64,000 bases of DNA from Leptogorgia sarmentosa (GCA_964658305.1 OZ210884.1:186001-250000), one strand, 5' to 3'; counted from the first letter of the stretch, positions 1 through 12,094 are shown. Notes: generated by a model not told the origin, from the sequence alone. Translations and numbers: made by a program.

Positions 1-1660
1 CTTTAACATGTCACTTTCACTTGGCAAAGTTCCTCAAGAGTGGAAAGAAGCTAACGTTATCCCAGTTCCGAAAAAAGGCGATTCACACTTAGTCACCAAC
101 TATCGACCAATTTCCCTGCTATCCTTAATATCCAAGACTTTAGAAAGGGTCGTGAACATGCACGTGTCTAACTTTGTTATGCCATTCCTTAATAAAGTTC
201 AACACGGATTCTGCCGGAAACGATCATGTACTACCCAACTTCTCGGTGTTTACCATGACGTTGGCAAAGCTTTAGACAATGGTAACGAAGTTGACATGAT
301 TTACCTTGACTTCTCGAAAGCCTTCGACTCAGTGTCTCATCAGAAACTTGTGTTAAAACTAGAACAGCATGGCATATCTGGTTCGTTATTATGCTGGATA
401 ACAGATTACCTAACAAATCGACGTCAGTGTGTCGTAGTTAATGGTGTTGCATCTTCCTACCTTAATGTCACATCAGGAGTACCTCAAGGTAGTATACTTG
501 GCCCACTTCTATTCATGATTTACGCGAACGATCTACCTGATGCAGTCCACCACAGCATAGTTCCCATGTTTGCTGATGACAGCAAATGCTTCCGAGAAAT
601 CATCAAACCTAAGGACAGAAACCTTCTTCAGGCTGACGTCGATTCCCTTCTGCATTGGTCAACTATCTGGGACTTACGTTTTAATGCCCAAAAGTGTGCT
701 GTTATGCATTTCTCTCGAAAGAAAAGTCCAGCCACCCAACAGGATTATTACCTCGACGGACGACCAATAAAATTATGTACCACTCAATGTGACTTGGGGA
801 TCCTCGTGAGCGATGACTTAAAATGGTCGTTACATATCCATAATTTGGTATCTAAAGCCAATAGAATGCTTTGGTTTCTACGACGAAAGTGCTTTCACCT
901 CGCTGACGTCAACGCTCGACGATTATTGTACTTGTCTCTTGTCCGATCTCATTTATCTCATGGTTGTGAAGTATGGGCACCTCAAGGACCTTCATCTGAT
1001 ATGTATCGTCTAGAAAGTATTCAGCGCCGTGCCACCAAGTTTATCCTTCAAGATTATGAATCATCTTACACAGATCGTTTAAAGAAACTCAACCTCATTC
1101 CACTTTCCTACTGGTTAGAATTAAAGGACATTGTTTTTTATTTCAAGTGCAAAGTCGGCCTGTATGAACTTGACATTCAGCAGTTTATTAAGCAACCTCA
1201 CCATCAATCAACCCGTTCAAGTTCCGGTGACTTTCTATGTCCAAACTTATGTAGAACATCTCTTTTTAGAAACTCATATTTTAATAGAATAGTAAACATA
1301 TGGAACAACCTACCTAATAATATTAAATCTTCCTCTTCTCTTTCTATCCTTAAAGCTAATCTACATAAGTACTACATTTATAAACTCAACACCGTATTCG
1401 ATACAGAAAGACCTAGAACTTGGAAAACACTGTGCAGTAAATGTAGATCACTGCAAATAAATTGTTGTTCATGAATGTTTATATAGTATAAAATAATGTC
1501 TATTATTAGTTAGCTGACTGTATGTGTGTAGAGGTTCAATTCATTGTTGTGTAGTGTATGCTGTTATAACTTTAGGAGGGACTTAGTTAGGGACTTATGT
1601 TCTGTTGTCTTTTCCTTCGATCTGTTTTAAAGATTGTAAATCAGTAATAATAATAATAAA
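1..1660 (+). mobile_element. CR1/L2-group non-LTR retrotransposon, 3' part (begins before window)
   Basis: RT ORF followed by a short 3' UTR and a (TAA)n tail at ~1645-1660 abutting the satellite. Confidence 0.9.
8..1474 (+). CDS. LINE ORF2 reverse transcriptase (5'-partial)
   Basis: Motifs NYRPISLL, YLDFSKAFDSV, GVPQGSILGPLLF, FADD, DLG; frame is open. Confidence 0.92.
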   Translation: MSLSLGKVPQEWKEANVIPVPKKGDSHLVTNYRPISLLSLISKTLERVVNMHVSNFVMPFLNKVQHGFCRKRSCTTQLLGVYHDVGKALDNGNEVDMIYLDFSKAFDSVSHQKLVLKLEQHGISGSLLCWITDYLTNRRQCVVVNGVASSYLNVTSGVPQGSILGPLLFMIYANDLPDAVHHSIVPMFADDSKCFREIIKPKDRNLLQADVDSLLHWSTIWDLRFNAQKCAVMHFSRKKSPATQQDYYLDGRPIKLCTTQCDLGILVSDDLKWSLHIHNLVSKANRMLWFLRRKCFHLADVNARRLLYLSLVRSHLSHGCEVWAPQGPSSDMYRLESIQRRATKFILQDYESSYTDRLKKLNLIPLSYWLELKDIVFYFKCKVGLYELDIQQFIKQPHHQSTRSSSGDFLCPNLCRTSLFRNSYFNRIVNIWNNLPNNIKSSSSLSILKANLHKYYIYKLNTVFDTERPRTWKTLCSKCRSLQINCCS

Positions 1661-2770
1661 CACACTCTGCAACATCGCTAGAGTGTGATTTTTTGCATTT
1701 GAAGAGTTTTAAAATTTCAAACATTAGTCAAAATCATGATCATTTTCGACACATTTTCCAACTTGGTATGAACAAATCAAAATCATTATTATCAATGTAA
1801 ACACACTCTGCAGCATCACTGGAGGGAGATTTTTAGCATCTGAAGAGTTTTAAAATTTCAAACATTAGTCAAAATCATGATCATTTTTGACACATTTTCC
1901 AACTTGGTATAAACAAATCAAAATCATTATTATCAATGTAAACACACTCTGCAACATCGCTAGAGTGTGATTTTTTGCATTTGAAGAGTTTTAAAATTTC
2001 AAACATTAGTCAAAATCATGATCATTTTCGACACATTTTCCAACTTCGTACGAACAAATCAAAATCATTGTTATCAATGTAAACACGCTCTGCAACATCG
2101 CTAGAGTGTGATTTTTTGCATTTGAAGAGTTTTAAAATTTCAAACATTAGTCAAATTCATGATCATTTTTGACACATTTTCCAACTTGGTATGAACAAAT
2201 CAAAATAATTATTATCAATGTAAACACACTCTGCAACATCGCTAGAGTGTGATTTTTTGCATTTGAAGAGTTTTAAAATTTCAAACTTTAGTCAAATTCA
2301 TGATCATTTTTGACAGATTTTCCAACTTGGTATGAACAAATCAAAATCATTATTATCAATGTAAACACACTCTGCAGCATCACTGGAGGGAGATTTTTAG
2401 CATCTGAAGAGTTTTAAAATTTCAAACATTAGTCAAAATCATGATCATTTTCGACACATTTTCCAACTTGGTATGAACAAATCAAAATCATTATTATCAA
2501 TGTAAACACACTCTGCAACATCGCTAGAGTGTGATTTTTTGCATTTGAAGAGTTTTAAAATTTCAAACTTTAGTCAAAATCATGATCATTTTCGACACAT
2601 TTTCCAACTTCGTACGAACAAATCAAAATCATTGTTATCAATGTAAACACGCTCTGCAACATCGCTAGAGTGTGATTTTTGGCATTTGAAGAGTTTTAAA
2701 ATTTCAAACTTTAGTCAAATTCATGATCATTTTTGACACATTTTCCAACTTGGTATTTTCCAACTTGGTA
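1660..2770. repeat. 141-bp tandem satellite, ~7.8 copies
   Basis: acacactctgc-type unit starts at 1660, 1801, 1942, 2083, 2224 etc. Confidence 0.95.
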
Positions 2771-2798
2771 ATGGTAAGTTCAAGGAACGAATAGGTAT

Positions 2799-5700
2799 AT
2801 TAGTATATCATTTGTTTGAAACGCTTTTTTTCATCTGACAATCGATGAAAGAAACAATATGTAGAGCAATTGATTTTGACTTTCCATCAATTTTTTTTCA
2901 GATTATGTGAACAACGTGAATGAACCAGATGACAAATACTCTCAGGAAGAAACGGTACATTATACTACGAGTCTACCACAGATTCCCTCGCAGTAAATTT
3001 AATGCCTTGCTTTCAATGATACTGTCATATTGTGCACCAGTGAATGAAATAAATAATTCAACAAATGCTAAACAGCTAGACGAATGCACAACTATAATTT
3101 GTTATGAATATTCATTTATTCATGGCACAGTTTCTATATATAGCCTACAGTCTTTGATCGAGACGATGTTTTCACTTACCATTACTGTTGTTAATTTCCA
3201 TACTTGGCTCATAAATATTTTTTACAAAGGTACAATCTTTATAAATATACTGCTGGAAGAAACTGCTACGCGCGAAAGTGACTATATACTATGGCGCCTT
3301 TTTATATTTGATAACCTAGCCTGCCACACAGAATGCGCGCTGATATTGACTGTCACAGTCAATTTGCGGGTGTTTTCACAATTAGTATATACAGTCAATT
3401 TGAGAAAGAGATTGGGTTGTATTGATACAAAAGATTACCAAGATATCTATAAATTTCTCTAGAAAAAAAGTTGAGAATAATTTATACTGTTTTAATGGCA
3501 CTTTCTCTTCCTTTTACGAAAGATATCATTCTGTTTAGCAAGGCGTAAACATGGGTCGCAGAGGAAGGGATAACTTTGGTGCTGGTTCAGCCAGTCGAAG
3601 AAGAACTGTTCTTCAAATCGAGCCTGTTTCACAAAGAAAAGAAAGCGAAGGTTGTAAAGAATTCTTTTTCTATTGACAATTGTATACTTCGGGTGTAGGT
3701 TGGTATTTTACTTCAACCGTCAAAAAGTACCTACATTTCTCAGAACATTGAAATCCAAGTGAGTATTTGTACACAGGTTATCATGCCGTATCAATACACT
3801 TAGGTCTGGTATGTGAACCAGGATCTAGAGATTAATATGAGTCAGCGAAAATATTGTCAAAATTGGATGACAATTTTGTGAATGTCAGTTTTGCACAGTC
3901 ATGAAGATGGATCAATGACTTGCTTTTTATAGGTCATTTTGAACATAACAAAGCAAGTAATGCGCCAATTAGAAAATGCTGGTTGAAATTTCCTAAACAA
4001 AATCATAATAATGCAAAATCACTAATCCTAGTAAAATCACTAAACCCATTGAGCTGAGCCCTTTGTTCCCATGAGAGATTCATGATTAACTGCATTTTTC
4101 TTTTGTTCTACACTGTTGTTTTACAAGGCACACAGGTGAAAATATGTGATTTCAACCAATAGCTTTTATCTTTCTCCATCTGTGCCAATTGATTTTCTTA
4201 TCTCACAAGTTTGTCTAAAAGTCAATTTTAAAACGTCCACCTAATCAATCATATTTTTATTGTTTACCCCTGGGGAACATTAAATTAACAGTTATCCTGC
4301 GAACCCTGAGTCTTCTATGCGCTGATATAGTCACATACTATCACCCTGGTAGAAAATGGAGATAGTCGTATACGATGAGAGTGAGCAGAATAACTGTTTT
4401 ATTATGCAAACAAGCGCTGGAAAAAAAGAACTTCAAAATTTATTTGTATTTTAGTTAATAACTGAATTTATTTTTATCCGGTCCGTAACCTAAATATAGC
4501 TTACTGATTGGTTGCTGAGCGGTCCGTATCCTACGATTTTGAGACCTCGACAAAATATTTTCCAGTACGGTCCTCCCAGCTGGTAAATAACATATATATA
4601 ATTTCAAAGTGTTCTATCGCTTTGAAATCGACATATTTACAAAAACAGTTTAACTTGATAAATACACACTAAAAAGCAGGTACATTAGTATACCATTTGT
4701 TTGAAACGCTTTTTTTCATCTGACAATCGATGAAAGAAACAATATGTAGAGCAATTGATTTTGATTTTCCATCAATTTTTTTCAGATTATGTGAACAATG
4801 TGAATGAACCAGATGACAAATACTCTCAGGAAGAAACGGTACATTGTCTACGAGTCTACCACAGATTCCCTCGCAGTAAATTTAATGCCTTGCTTTCAAT
4901 GATACTGTCATATTGTGCACCAGTGAATGAAATAAATAATTCAACAAATGCTAAACAGCTGAACGAATGCACAACTATAATTTGTTATGAATATTCATTT
5001 ATTCATGGCACAGTTTGTATATATAGCCTACAGTCTTTGATCGAGACGATGTTTTCACTTACCATTACTGTTGTTAATTTCCATACTTGGCTCATAAATA
5101 TTTTTTACAAAGGTACAATCTTTATAAATATACTGTTGGAAGAAACTGCGAAAGTGACTATATACTATGGCGCCTTTTTATATTTGATAACCTAGCCTGC
5201 CACACAGAATGCGCCCTGATATTGACTGTCACAGTCAATTTGCGGGTGTTTTCACAATTAGTATATACAGTCAATTTGAGAAAGAGATTGGGTTGTATTG
5301 ATACAAAAGATTACCAAGATATTTATAAATTTCTCTAGAAAAAAAGTTGAGAATAATTTATACTGTTTTAATGGCACTTTCTCTTCCTTTTACGAAAGAC
5401 ATCATTCTGTTTAGCAAGGCGTAAACATGGGTCGCAGAGGAAGGGATAACTTTGGTGCTGGTTCAGCCAGTCGAAGAAGAACTGTTCTTCAAATCGAGCC
5501 TGTTTCACAAAGAAAAGAAAGCGAAGGTAGTAAAGAATTCTTTTTCTATTGACAATTGTATACTTCGGGTGTAGGTTGGTATTTTACTTCAACCGTCAAA
5601 AAGTACCTACATTTCTCAGAACATTGAAATCCAAGTGAGTATTTGTACACAGGTTATCATGCCGTATCAATACACTTAGGTCTGGTATGTGAACCAGGTT

Positions 5701-6424
5701 CTAGAGATTAATATGAGTCAGCGAAAATATTGTCAAAATTGGATGACAATTTTGTGAATGTCAATTTTGCACAGTCATGAAGATGGATCAATGACTTGCT
5801 TTTTATAGGTCATTTTGAACATAACAAAGCAAGTAATGCGCCAATTAGAAAATGCTGGTTGAAATTTCCTAAACAAAATCATAATAATGCAAAATCACTA
5901 ATCCTGGTAAAATCACTAAACCCATTGAGCTGAGCCCTTTGTTCCCATGACAGATTCATGATTAACTGCATTTTTCTTTTGTTCTACACTGTTGTTTTAC
6001 AAGGCACACAGGTGAAAATATGTGATTTCAACCAATAGCTTTTATCTTTCTCCTGCTGTGCCAATTGATTTTCTTATCTCACAAGTTTGTCTAAAAGTCA
6101 ATTTTAAAAGGTCCATCTAATCAATCATATTTTTATAGTTTACCCCTGGGGAACATTAAATTAACAGTTATCCTGCGAACCCTAAGTCTTCTATGCGCTG
6201 ATATAGTCACATACTATCACCCTGGTAGAAAATGGAGATAGTCGTATACGATGAGAGTGAGCAGAATAACTGTTTTATTATGCAAACAAGCGCTGGAAAA
6301 AAAGAACTTCAAAATTTATTTATATTTTAGTTAATAACTGAGTTTATTTTTTTCCGGTCCGTAACTCCCGGTCCGTAACCTAAATAGAGCTTTCTGATTG
6401 GTTGCCGAGCGGTCCGTATCCTAC
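2799..6424 (+). repeat. ~1.9-kb direct duplication (2799-~4535 vs 4685-6424)
   Basis: Near-identical sequence with small indels; ORFs 2920, 4755 and 5087 share peptide. Confidence 0.9.
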
Positions 6425-7060
6425 TGTACGGATCGCTCGCATTCTCGTAGATACAAATATAGTCAGTGTTTTTGTTTTTTAAAATTGAATGGCCGCTTTT
6501 TAAAACATTCAAAACGAATTTAGGCGATAAAGAACACATGAAAGTTCATTTTATTTTGCTAAGGGATATTTTAGGGGGTATTTACAGCGACAAAAACTCA
6601 TAAGTATCAACAAAGTCTCATCAGTATGAACAAAACAAAACATTCTCGGCGAAATATTTCGGTGTCTAAAGCGTATTTTAACCATGTTTGTATCGTGAAA
6701 CGAACGAGAAAATAAATACTTTTAATAAGTTTACCTTTTTCGTAGTAATGTTGAGTGGAAAAGCGTCAATATTGAAGCAAATGCGTCAATATTGAAGAGT
6801 TTTTTCTCACTTCGTCTTGGCTGTTTAGCAGCCATACTTGCGATCGAGTAGCAAGTAAACAAACACAACTGATCTCAAATCTAGTTCGCAACACTGGAAT
6901 GTCTTATGAGTTTTATTATAACTTCGAGCATAAAAAAATAAATAAGTTATTTACCATTTAGGTCGGTCCGTACTGAAAATATTTTGTCTCGGTCTCAAAA
7001 TTGAGACCTCGACAAAATATTTTCCAGTGCGGACCTCCCAGCTGGTAAATAACATATATT
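6320..7060. mobile_element. Non-autonomous element with long subterminal hairpin (Crypton-like, tentative)
   Basis: Hairpin 6946-7055 (ttatttacca..ggtccgtactgaaaatattttgtc / gacaaaatattttccagtgcggacc..tggtaaataa); internally deleted derivatives at 4477-4600 and 7085-7200. Confidence 0.45.
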
Positions 7061-7832
7061 TATTTTTTTCGGTCCGTAACTCCCGGTCCGTAACCTAAAT
7101 ATAGCTTTCTGATTGGTTGCTGAGCGGTCCGTATCCTACGATTTTGAGACCTCGACAAAATATTTTCCAGTACGGACCTCCCAGCTGGTAAATAACATAT
7201 ATATAATTTCAAAGTGTTCTATGGCTTTGAAATCGACATATTTACAAAAACAGTTTAACTTGATAAATACACACCAAAAAGCACGGGAAAGACAACAGTT
7301 ACAGAATTAAAGTAGTTGACCTTACGTTTAAACTTTAGCTAGTTTTAAATTTCAGCATTTTTCATCTGTATTTTTGTTGCACTTGAAAGTACAAAACCAG
7401 CAATACAAATTTTACCGTTGTAAAATGTCAACAAACAGCAACAAGCGATCCAACTAAGTCAAGCGATGAATTTTACAGCGTCGAGTTGACTATTTTCCAG
7501 ATTCAAAACTGCACAATTAACATTTACAACTAAACTTCTTCAATTTTATTCTTTTAATCGGTCGCAAAGACGTTTTTAACTGATGACAACTTCAATTCTA
7601 TCTTCGCTCTTTCAACCATTTTGTTTACAGTTCTTCTCTTGACTGATATGAGCTAACATCCATCTTTTAGAGAACAAATCAGATTGCAGAATAGCTCATA
7701 TCCAGGGCTTGTGTATATAATAATTAAAATTCTATTTGATGATTGTGATGCTAGTTATAGTACTTCTTTGTTTCAAGGTACCCAATTGATCTCAAGAAAA
7801 AGAGAAATAAATCCAACTAGCATTTCAGGTAA

Positions 7833-8789
7833 TTAATACATACACACATATAGATTTCCCTTTGTTTTCCTGACAGGGCAATAAAAATTGTGTACCACCT
7901 GTGGGCAATACAGGAAAAACCTGAGAAGCAGTCCGAGCCAACTTGTGCTTTCAGTGGTTAAAGAACATCCTGGAAGAGACAACACCTTAAGTCCATGCTG
8001 CTTCGCTTTTAATGCATTACATAGAAATCGCATGCCATCATCACCTACATTCCGACAATAAGTAAGATTGAGCACTGCAAGTTGCTTACAAGCCTCATAG
8101 CCCAGAACATCACAAAACGTAGAAATTCCATCAGAAGTGATTCCATCATTGCCTCTCAAGCATAACTCCTTCAGACAAATCCTATGACCATTTTTAAGAA
8201 ACTCAGTTAACGTGGATAAATCAGCATCAGTAATACCGTAGACAGAAAGATCCAGGTGAGCGAGTTTAGAATGTTCGTGATTAATGTGACATTGTGATGT
8301 TGTTATTGCAGTAAGAAGATGTTCCAGGACCTCTTGTACAGGGGAAATTTCGCACTCGGTGATGGTTAATGCTTCAATGCATCTGTGGCGAAGTAATTTT
8401 GTAATTTCTACCACAAAATCAACATGTGCTATCCGATTCAAAGATAAGTTTTTTAAACGTTTTAAGTGCTTGCAAACAAACACAAGTGCCGCCAAATCAC
8501 TTGGGGGAAGCGATTCTCCGCGATAATGGAATATCTTAGTCACGTCTTTCAAAGCAGATGTCATTACGACTTCTTCTGCAATATCTTCACTCTCTGTTTC
8601 TCTTAAACACTTCATCATCAACATTCGATCAGCCCGCGGTTTGTAAACAGTATCCCCATCTTCAATTTCAATTTGCAAATGTTCTCTAAAAGCCAAAAGG
8701 CAACTCTTGTATTCTTCAGACATTTTCATTCTCTTTCCCAACAACCCAGCTAGAAACTGAAGTACCAGATGCCAATTTGCCATGTTCAA
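7833..8789 (-). CDS. NLR copy 1, C-terminal part (HD2 end + RI-like LRRs), out of frame with the NACHT ORF
   Basis: WHLVLQFLAGLLG and LRRs LAHLDLSVYGITD, LKELCLRGNDGITSDG, LAVLNLTYCRNVGDDG, LKVLSLPGCSLT. Confidence 0.85.
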   Translation of the reverse strand: MNMANWHLVLQFLAGLLGKRMKMSEEYKSCLLAFREHLQIEIEDGDTVYKPRADRMLMMKCLRETESEDIAEEVVMTSALKDVTKIFHYRGESLPPSDLAALVFVCKHLKRLKNLSLNRIAHVDFVVEITKLLRHRCIEALTITECEISPVQEVLEHLLTAITTSQCHINHEHSKLAHLDLSVYGITDADLSTLTEFLKNGHRICLKELCLRGNDGITSDGISTFCDVLGYEACKQLAVLNLTYCRNVGDDGMRFLCNALKAKQHGLKVLSLPGCSLTTESTSWLGLLLRFFLYCPQVVHNFYCPVRKTKGNLYVCMY

Positions 8790-11121
8790 AATGAGAAGTA
8801 ATAAATTCTTCGATATCCTGTGGTTTTTTTGCTTCCACTATATGTTTGGCTGCAAGAAATTCTTGTACAGTTAAATGAATGAAACAAGCTTGAGCTTGAC
8901 AGAATGGGACGGGTAAACGATGCAACAATCCTGATTTTTCCATCTGCTCATTAACAAATTCACCATCAAAAATCAATTGGTCATTTTTCATACCATCAAA
9001 AGCCAACTGCTGGAGTTCCTTAATAACTTTTTCATAATGTTCTTTGGGGAGTTCTCGATTATGATTCTGATAAAAATGATGTAAAGCTTCTCGATACAGG
9101 TCAGTTAAAGTAGTTGGCAAGGCACTGCCATTGCCTTTATCACTTAGGCCATTTAATAAAGTAAAACAAACTATAAAACAGTTCACCGGAATATAACACA
9201 TGTTCTTTAGTTCTGATGATTTGATATGATTCCATATCTTTTGTTTTAGCTCATCTTTTTCATTATTAACACAAAATTTTTCGACGTAGTTCTCAATTTT
9301 CTCTTCAGTGAATCCAATTATCTCAACTTTTCGATCAAAATGAAGTTTTGATAAAACATCAATGGCAGTTGGTCTGCTAGTTACCAACACTGTTGCCCCA
9401 GGTAAAATCTGGTCAGACAAAATTTTAATGAAAAGAAACGTTGCTGATATGGGAGAACTAGAGTGGTTCGGGAGCATTTTAGACTGATCTAGAAAGTCCT
9501 GAAATTTCTGGAGATTCGCAAGATATTCATCAAAGCCATCAAAGACAAATATAGCATTTTGAGGGTTTGCCCATATTTCTTCAAAAACACTTTCAAATTC
9601 ATCTTGACTCAGTTGTGTTCCAAGTTGAAGAAATTTCTTAAGTGTCAAATTTTGTAATTGCTCAAAATGAAACCATCTAAATTTGAAAAAGAATGGAATC
9701 TTGCCTTGGTAAAATTCGTCAATCCCCCTGGCCCAATCCCGCATAATTTTCCGGGTCAAAACAGTTTTGCCAATTCCAGGTCTTCCAAGGACTAAAATAG
9801 TTTGTGGGGAATTACCCTTTGTATCCTTGTTTGGATGAAATAAATCTTTAACCTCTTCAAGACGTATCGAGTGTTCAGGAACTTTTATATAAACATCATT
9901 GATCTCATGTCTGGTCATATGTTTTAAAAATTTCAATGGTGCTCGTTCAGTTTGAATAACAACATCAATAAAAATCTCATCCAAATTTGTGTCTGTGTTG
10001 AGGCCATAGTTAATATCTGATGTTAGAGAAGCCTTCAAAATGTTTTTCTTGTAAATCTGGGCTGTGTTTGGAGTAGGAATGTCCATGCCGATCAGAGGAT
10101 TGACTTCAGGCATATGATGATTTCGAAGGAAATGGATGAATACAAATTCCATATCACATGACCAAGATTTGGGTTTAAAATAAGGAAATCGACCCCTTTT
10201 AGTTAAACGCCTTATCATGTAAATCACTTCGAAGAGCATTAGCAGTGTAAAAATTACATTACATCCAAACACTGCATAGCTACAAGATTGTTTATCCTGT
10301 GCAGCCAAGTTCATACATGTTACCATTGATTGAGGGACACTTCCATTCTTTGCTGTAGTTATGTTGAGGTCTGGGTAAATGCAACTGAATTCTGAATCAA
10401 AACCACTCGGATCATATAATATAGTAAACTGTAGGATGGTAACTAATACACCAAATATCGCCCGAACCACAAGGTGGAAGAAATAAAAGTAGAAAATATA
10501 TAAAGTTCTTGTACCTGGTTGATTGCGACCATTGAATGTTACCATTGATTGAGGGACACTTGCATTCTTTGCTGTAGTTATGTTGAGGTCTGGGTAAATG
10601 CAACTGAATTCTGAATCAAAACCACTCGGATCATATAATATAGTAAACTGTAGGATGGTAACTAATACACCAAATATCGCCCGAACCACAAGGTGGAAGA
10701 AATAAAAGTAGAAAATATATAAAGTTCTTGTACCTGGTTGATTGCGACCATTGAGAAGATGAGCGCCATCACTTCCGCCTTCAAAGTATTTTTCTACTTC
10801 GTCGACACGACTGCCAACAGCAAGCGAATAAATGAGACTCACAACAGCCACAGGAATGAAACTCAACAGGACGAAAGCATAAAGTCTGACAGGAGAGTTG
10901 TAGTCCTCGTTGTAGATTGAAAAACACGTTTTCTCCACGTATGTCTTGTGCGTCGCAAATGTTGTGTCGACCGCACAGCTGAACTTTTCCGTCTCTCCCG
11001 CTTTTAAATTTGTCGTAATAGCTATCAATACAACTCCACAAATTGAATGAAGTATCACACATACGTAAGCCGAGATACTAAATCTCTTCGGAGAAAAATA
11101 GTCCTTTATACTATCCATCAT
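8716..11121 (-). CDS. NLR copy 1: connexin-like TM domain (2x 73-aa repeat) + NACHT; frameshift at ~8775
   Basis: Walker A GRPGIGKT, Walker B IFVFDGFDE, VLVTSRP, IIGFT, FIHLTVQEFLAA; N-terminal hydrophobic helices with connexin-like loops. Confidence 0.88.
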   Translation of the reverse strand: MMDSIKDYFSPKRFSISAYVCVILHSICGVVLIAITTNLKAGETEKFSCAVDTTFATHKTYVEKTCFSIYNEDYNSPVRLYAFVLLSFIPVAVVSLIYSLAVGSRVDEVEKYFEGGSDGAHLLNGRNQPGTRTLYIFYFYFFHLVVRAIFGVLVTILQFTILYDPSGFDSEFSCIYPDLNITTAKNASVPQSMVTFNGRNQPGTRTLYIFYFYFFHLVVRAIFGVLVTILQFTILYDPSGFDSEFSCIYPDLNITTAKNGSVPQSMVTCMNLAAQDKQSCSYAVFGCNVIFTLLMLFEVIYMIRRLTKRGRFPYFKPKSWSCDMEFVFIHFLRNHHMPEVNPLIGMDIPTPNTAQIYKKNILKASLTSDINYGLNTDTNLDEIFIDVVIQTERAPLKFLKHMTRHEINDVYIKVPEHSIRLEEVKDLFHPNKDTKGNSPQTILVLGRPGIGKTVLTRKIMRDWARGIDEFYQGKIPFFFKFRWFHFEQLQNLTLKKFLQLGTQLSQDEFESVFEEIWANPQNAIFVFDGFDEYLANLQKFQDFLDQSKMLPNHSSSPISATFLFIKILSDQILPGATVLVTSRPTAIDVLSKLHFDRKVEIIGFTEEKIENYVEKFCVNNEKDELKQKIWNHIKSSELKNMCYIPVNCFIVCFTLLNGLSDKGNGSALPTTLTDLYREALHHFYQNHNRELPKEHYEKVIKELQQLAFDGMKNDQLIFDGEFVNEQMEKSGLLHRLPVPFCQAQACFIHLTVQEFLAAKHIVEAKKPQDIEEFITSHFEHGKLASGTSVSSWVVGKENENV
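10318..10754 (-). repeat. In-frame 219-bp tandem repeat, 2 copies
   Basis: NGRNQPGTRTLYIF...PQSMVT occurs twice. Confidence 0.95.
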
Positions 11122-11220
11122 CTTTGTAAAATCAGCGAAATATTCACAATTTTTACTGCGTTTTATACAAGAAATTTTGTTGAGACTTGATTTGATTGCG
11201 CTTCTGTTAATTTATGCCAT

Positions 11221-11348
11221 TGTGGTTTCCGTGGTTTCCGTTTCGAATAATTATCTCGCTACTACTTCATGTAACTTTACTAAAGTTGCCCTCTAAGCTG
11301 TAACGATCAAAAGTCGACACATTTTTGGTTTAGGAAAGCGGAAAAGTG
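11221..11348 (-). promoter_or_regulatory. ISRE/IRF-like motifs upstream of the NLR
   Basis: Minus strand CGAAACGGAAACC (11233-11245) fits GAAANNGAAA; GGAAAGCGGAAAAGTG at 11333-11348. Confidence 0.4.
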
Positions 11349-11892
11349 TTGCAAGCCAGAGAAGCCAGAGAAGCGATTGTTAAATTGATAAAATGCTTTG
11401 ATCAGCAACCTCACTATACGATATTATATGACACTTTGTTAAATTAACGCCGATTTAATTGGTTTTTTACCAACCTCGTACCCAGGGCCTTCGTAACGGC
11501 GGAGAAAACAGAAGGAAACGAAGGCCCTGGCCCTGGTAAACTCTGGTCACGTGTCGTCAGAAACGGGGCGTTTTTCTCCACGCGAGATTTTTTAGACGGG
11601 GGGTGAAAATAGTGGTTTTCACGTGTGATGCAATGAGAACGAAGCACTATAAGATATGCAATCTTCAAAAATGTTTTACGTTATATTTGATTAAAGGGCA
11701 ATGGATCAAAGTCGAATTAGTTCTTACACTAATAATCAATAAATTGGATATAAATGTATGTGCTGTAAACGATACCACTCGGAAATTTGGTGTAGAGTAT
11801 GAAGAAATTTGAAATTGGCTCGAAATATCAATGGGATATTTGTAACATATGCTGCTACCGAACAGCCTACACAGAACTTTATGCCGATTCAT

Positions 11893-12094
11893 GTAAAGCA
11901 TTTGAATGGATGAATTGTTTTATATTTATCGTTGATGTATGGTCTACGAAGTACGAACTCGGTACCGCTACAGGGAACTCAAGGGTATCGGGGTAAAGCA
12001 TTTGAATGGATGAATTGTTTTATATTTATCGTTGATGTATGGTCTACGAAGTACGAACTCGGTACCGCTACAGGGAACTCAAGGGTATCGGGGT
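11893..12094 (+). repeat. 100-bp tandem duplication (also at 20772-20973)
   Basis: gtaaagcatttgaatgg...gggtatcgggg occurs twice. Confidence 0.9.

Noticed and set aside
1660..2770. CRISPR array
   Set aside because: Whole units repeat with no unique spacers; eukaryotic context and no cas genes.
2920..5338. ORFs in the 1.9-kb duplication as genes
   Set aside because: Frames differ between copies and no recognisable domain; small exons of an unknown gene cannot be excluded.
8765..8790. Programmed ribosomal frameshift in the NLR
   Set aside because: No X XXY YYZ slippery heptamer or obvious stimulatory structure; a simple indel is more parsimonious.
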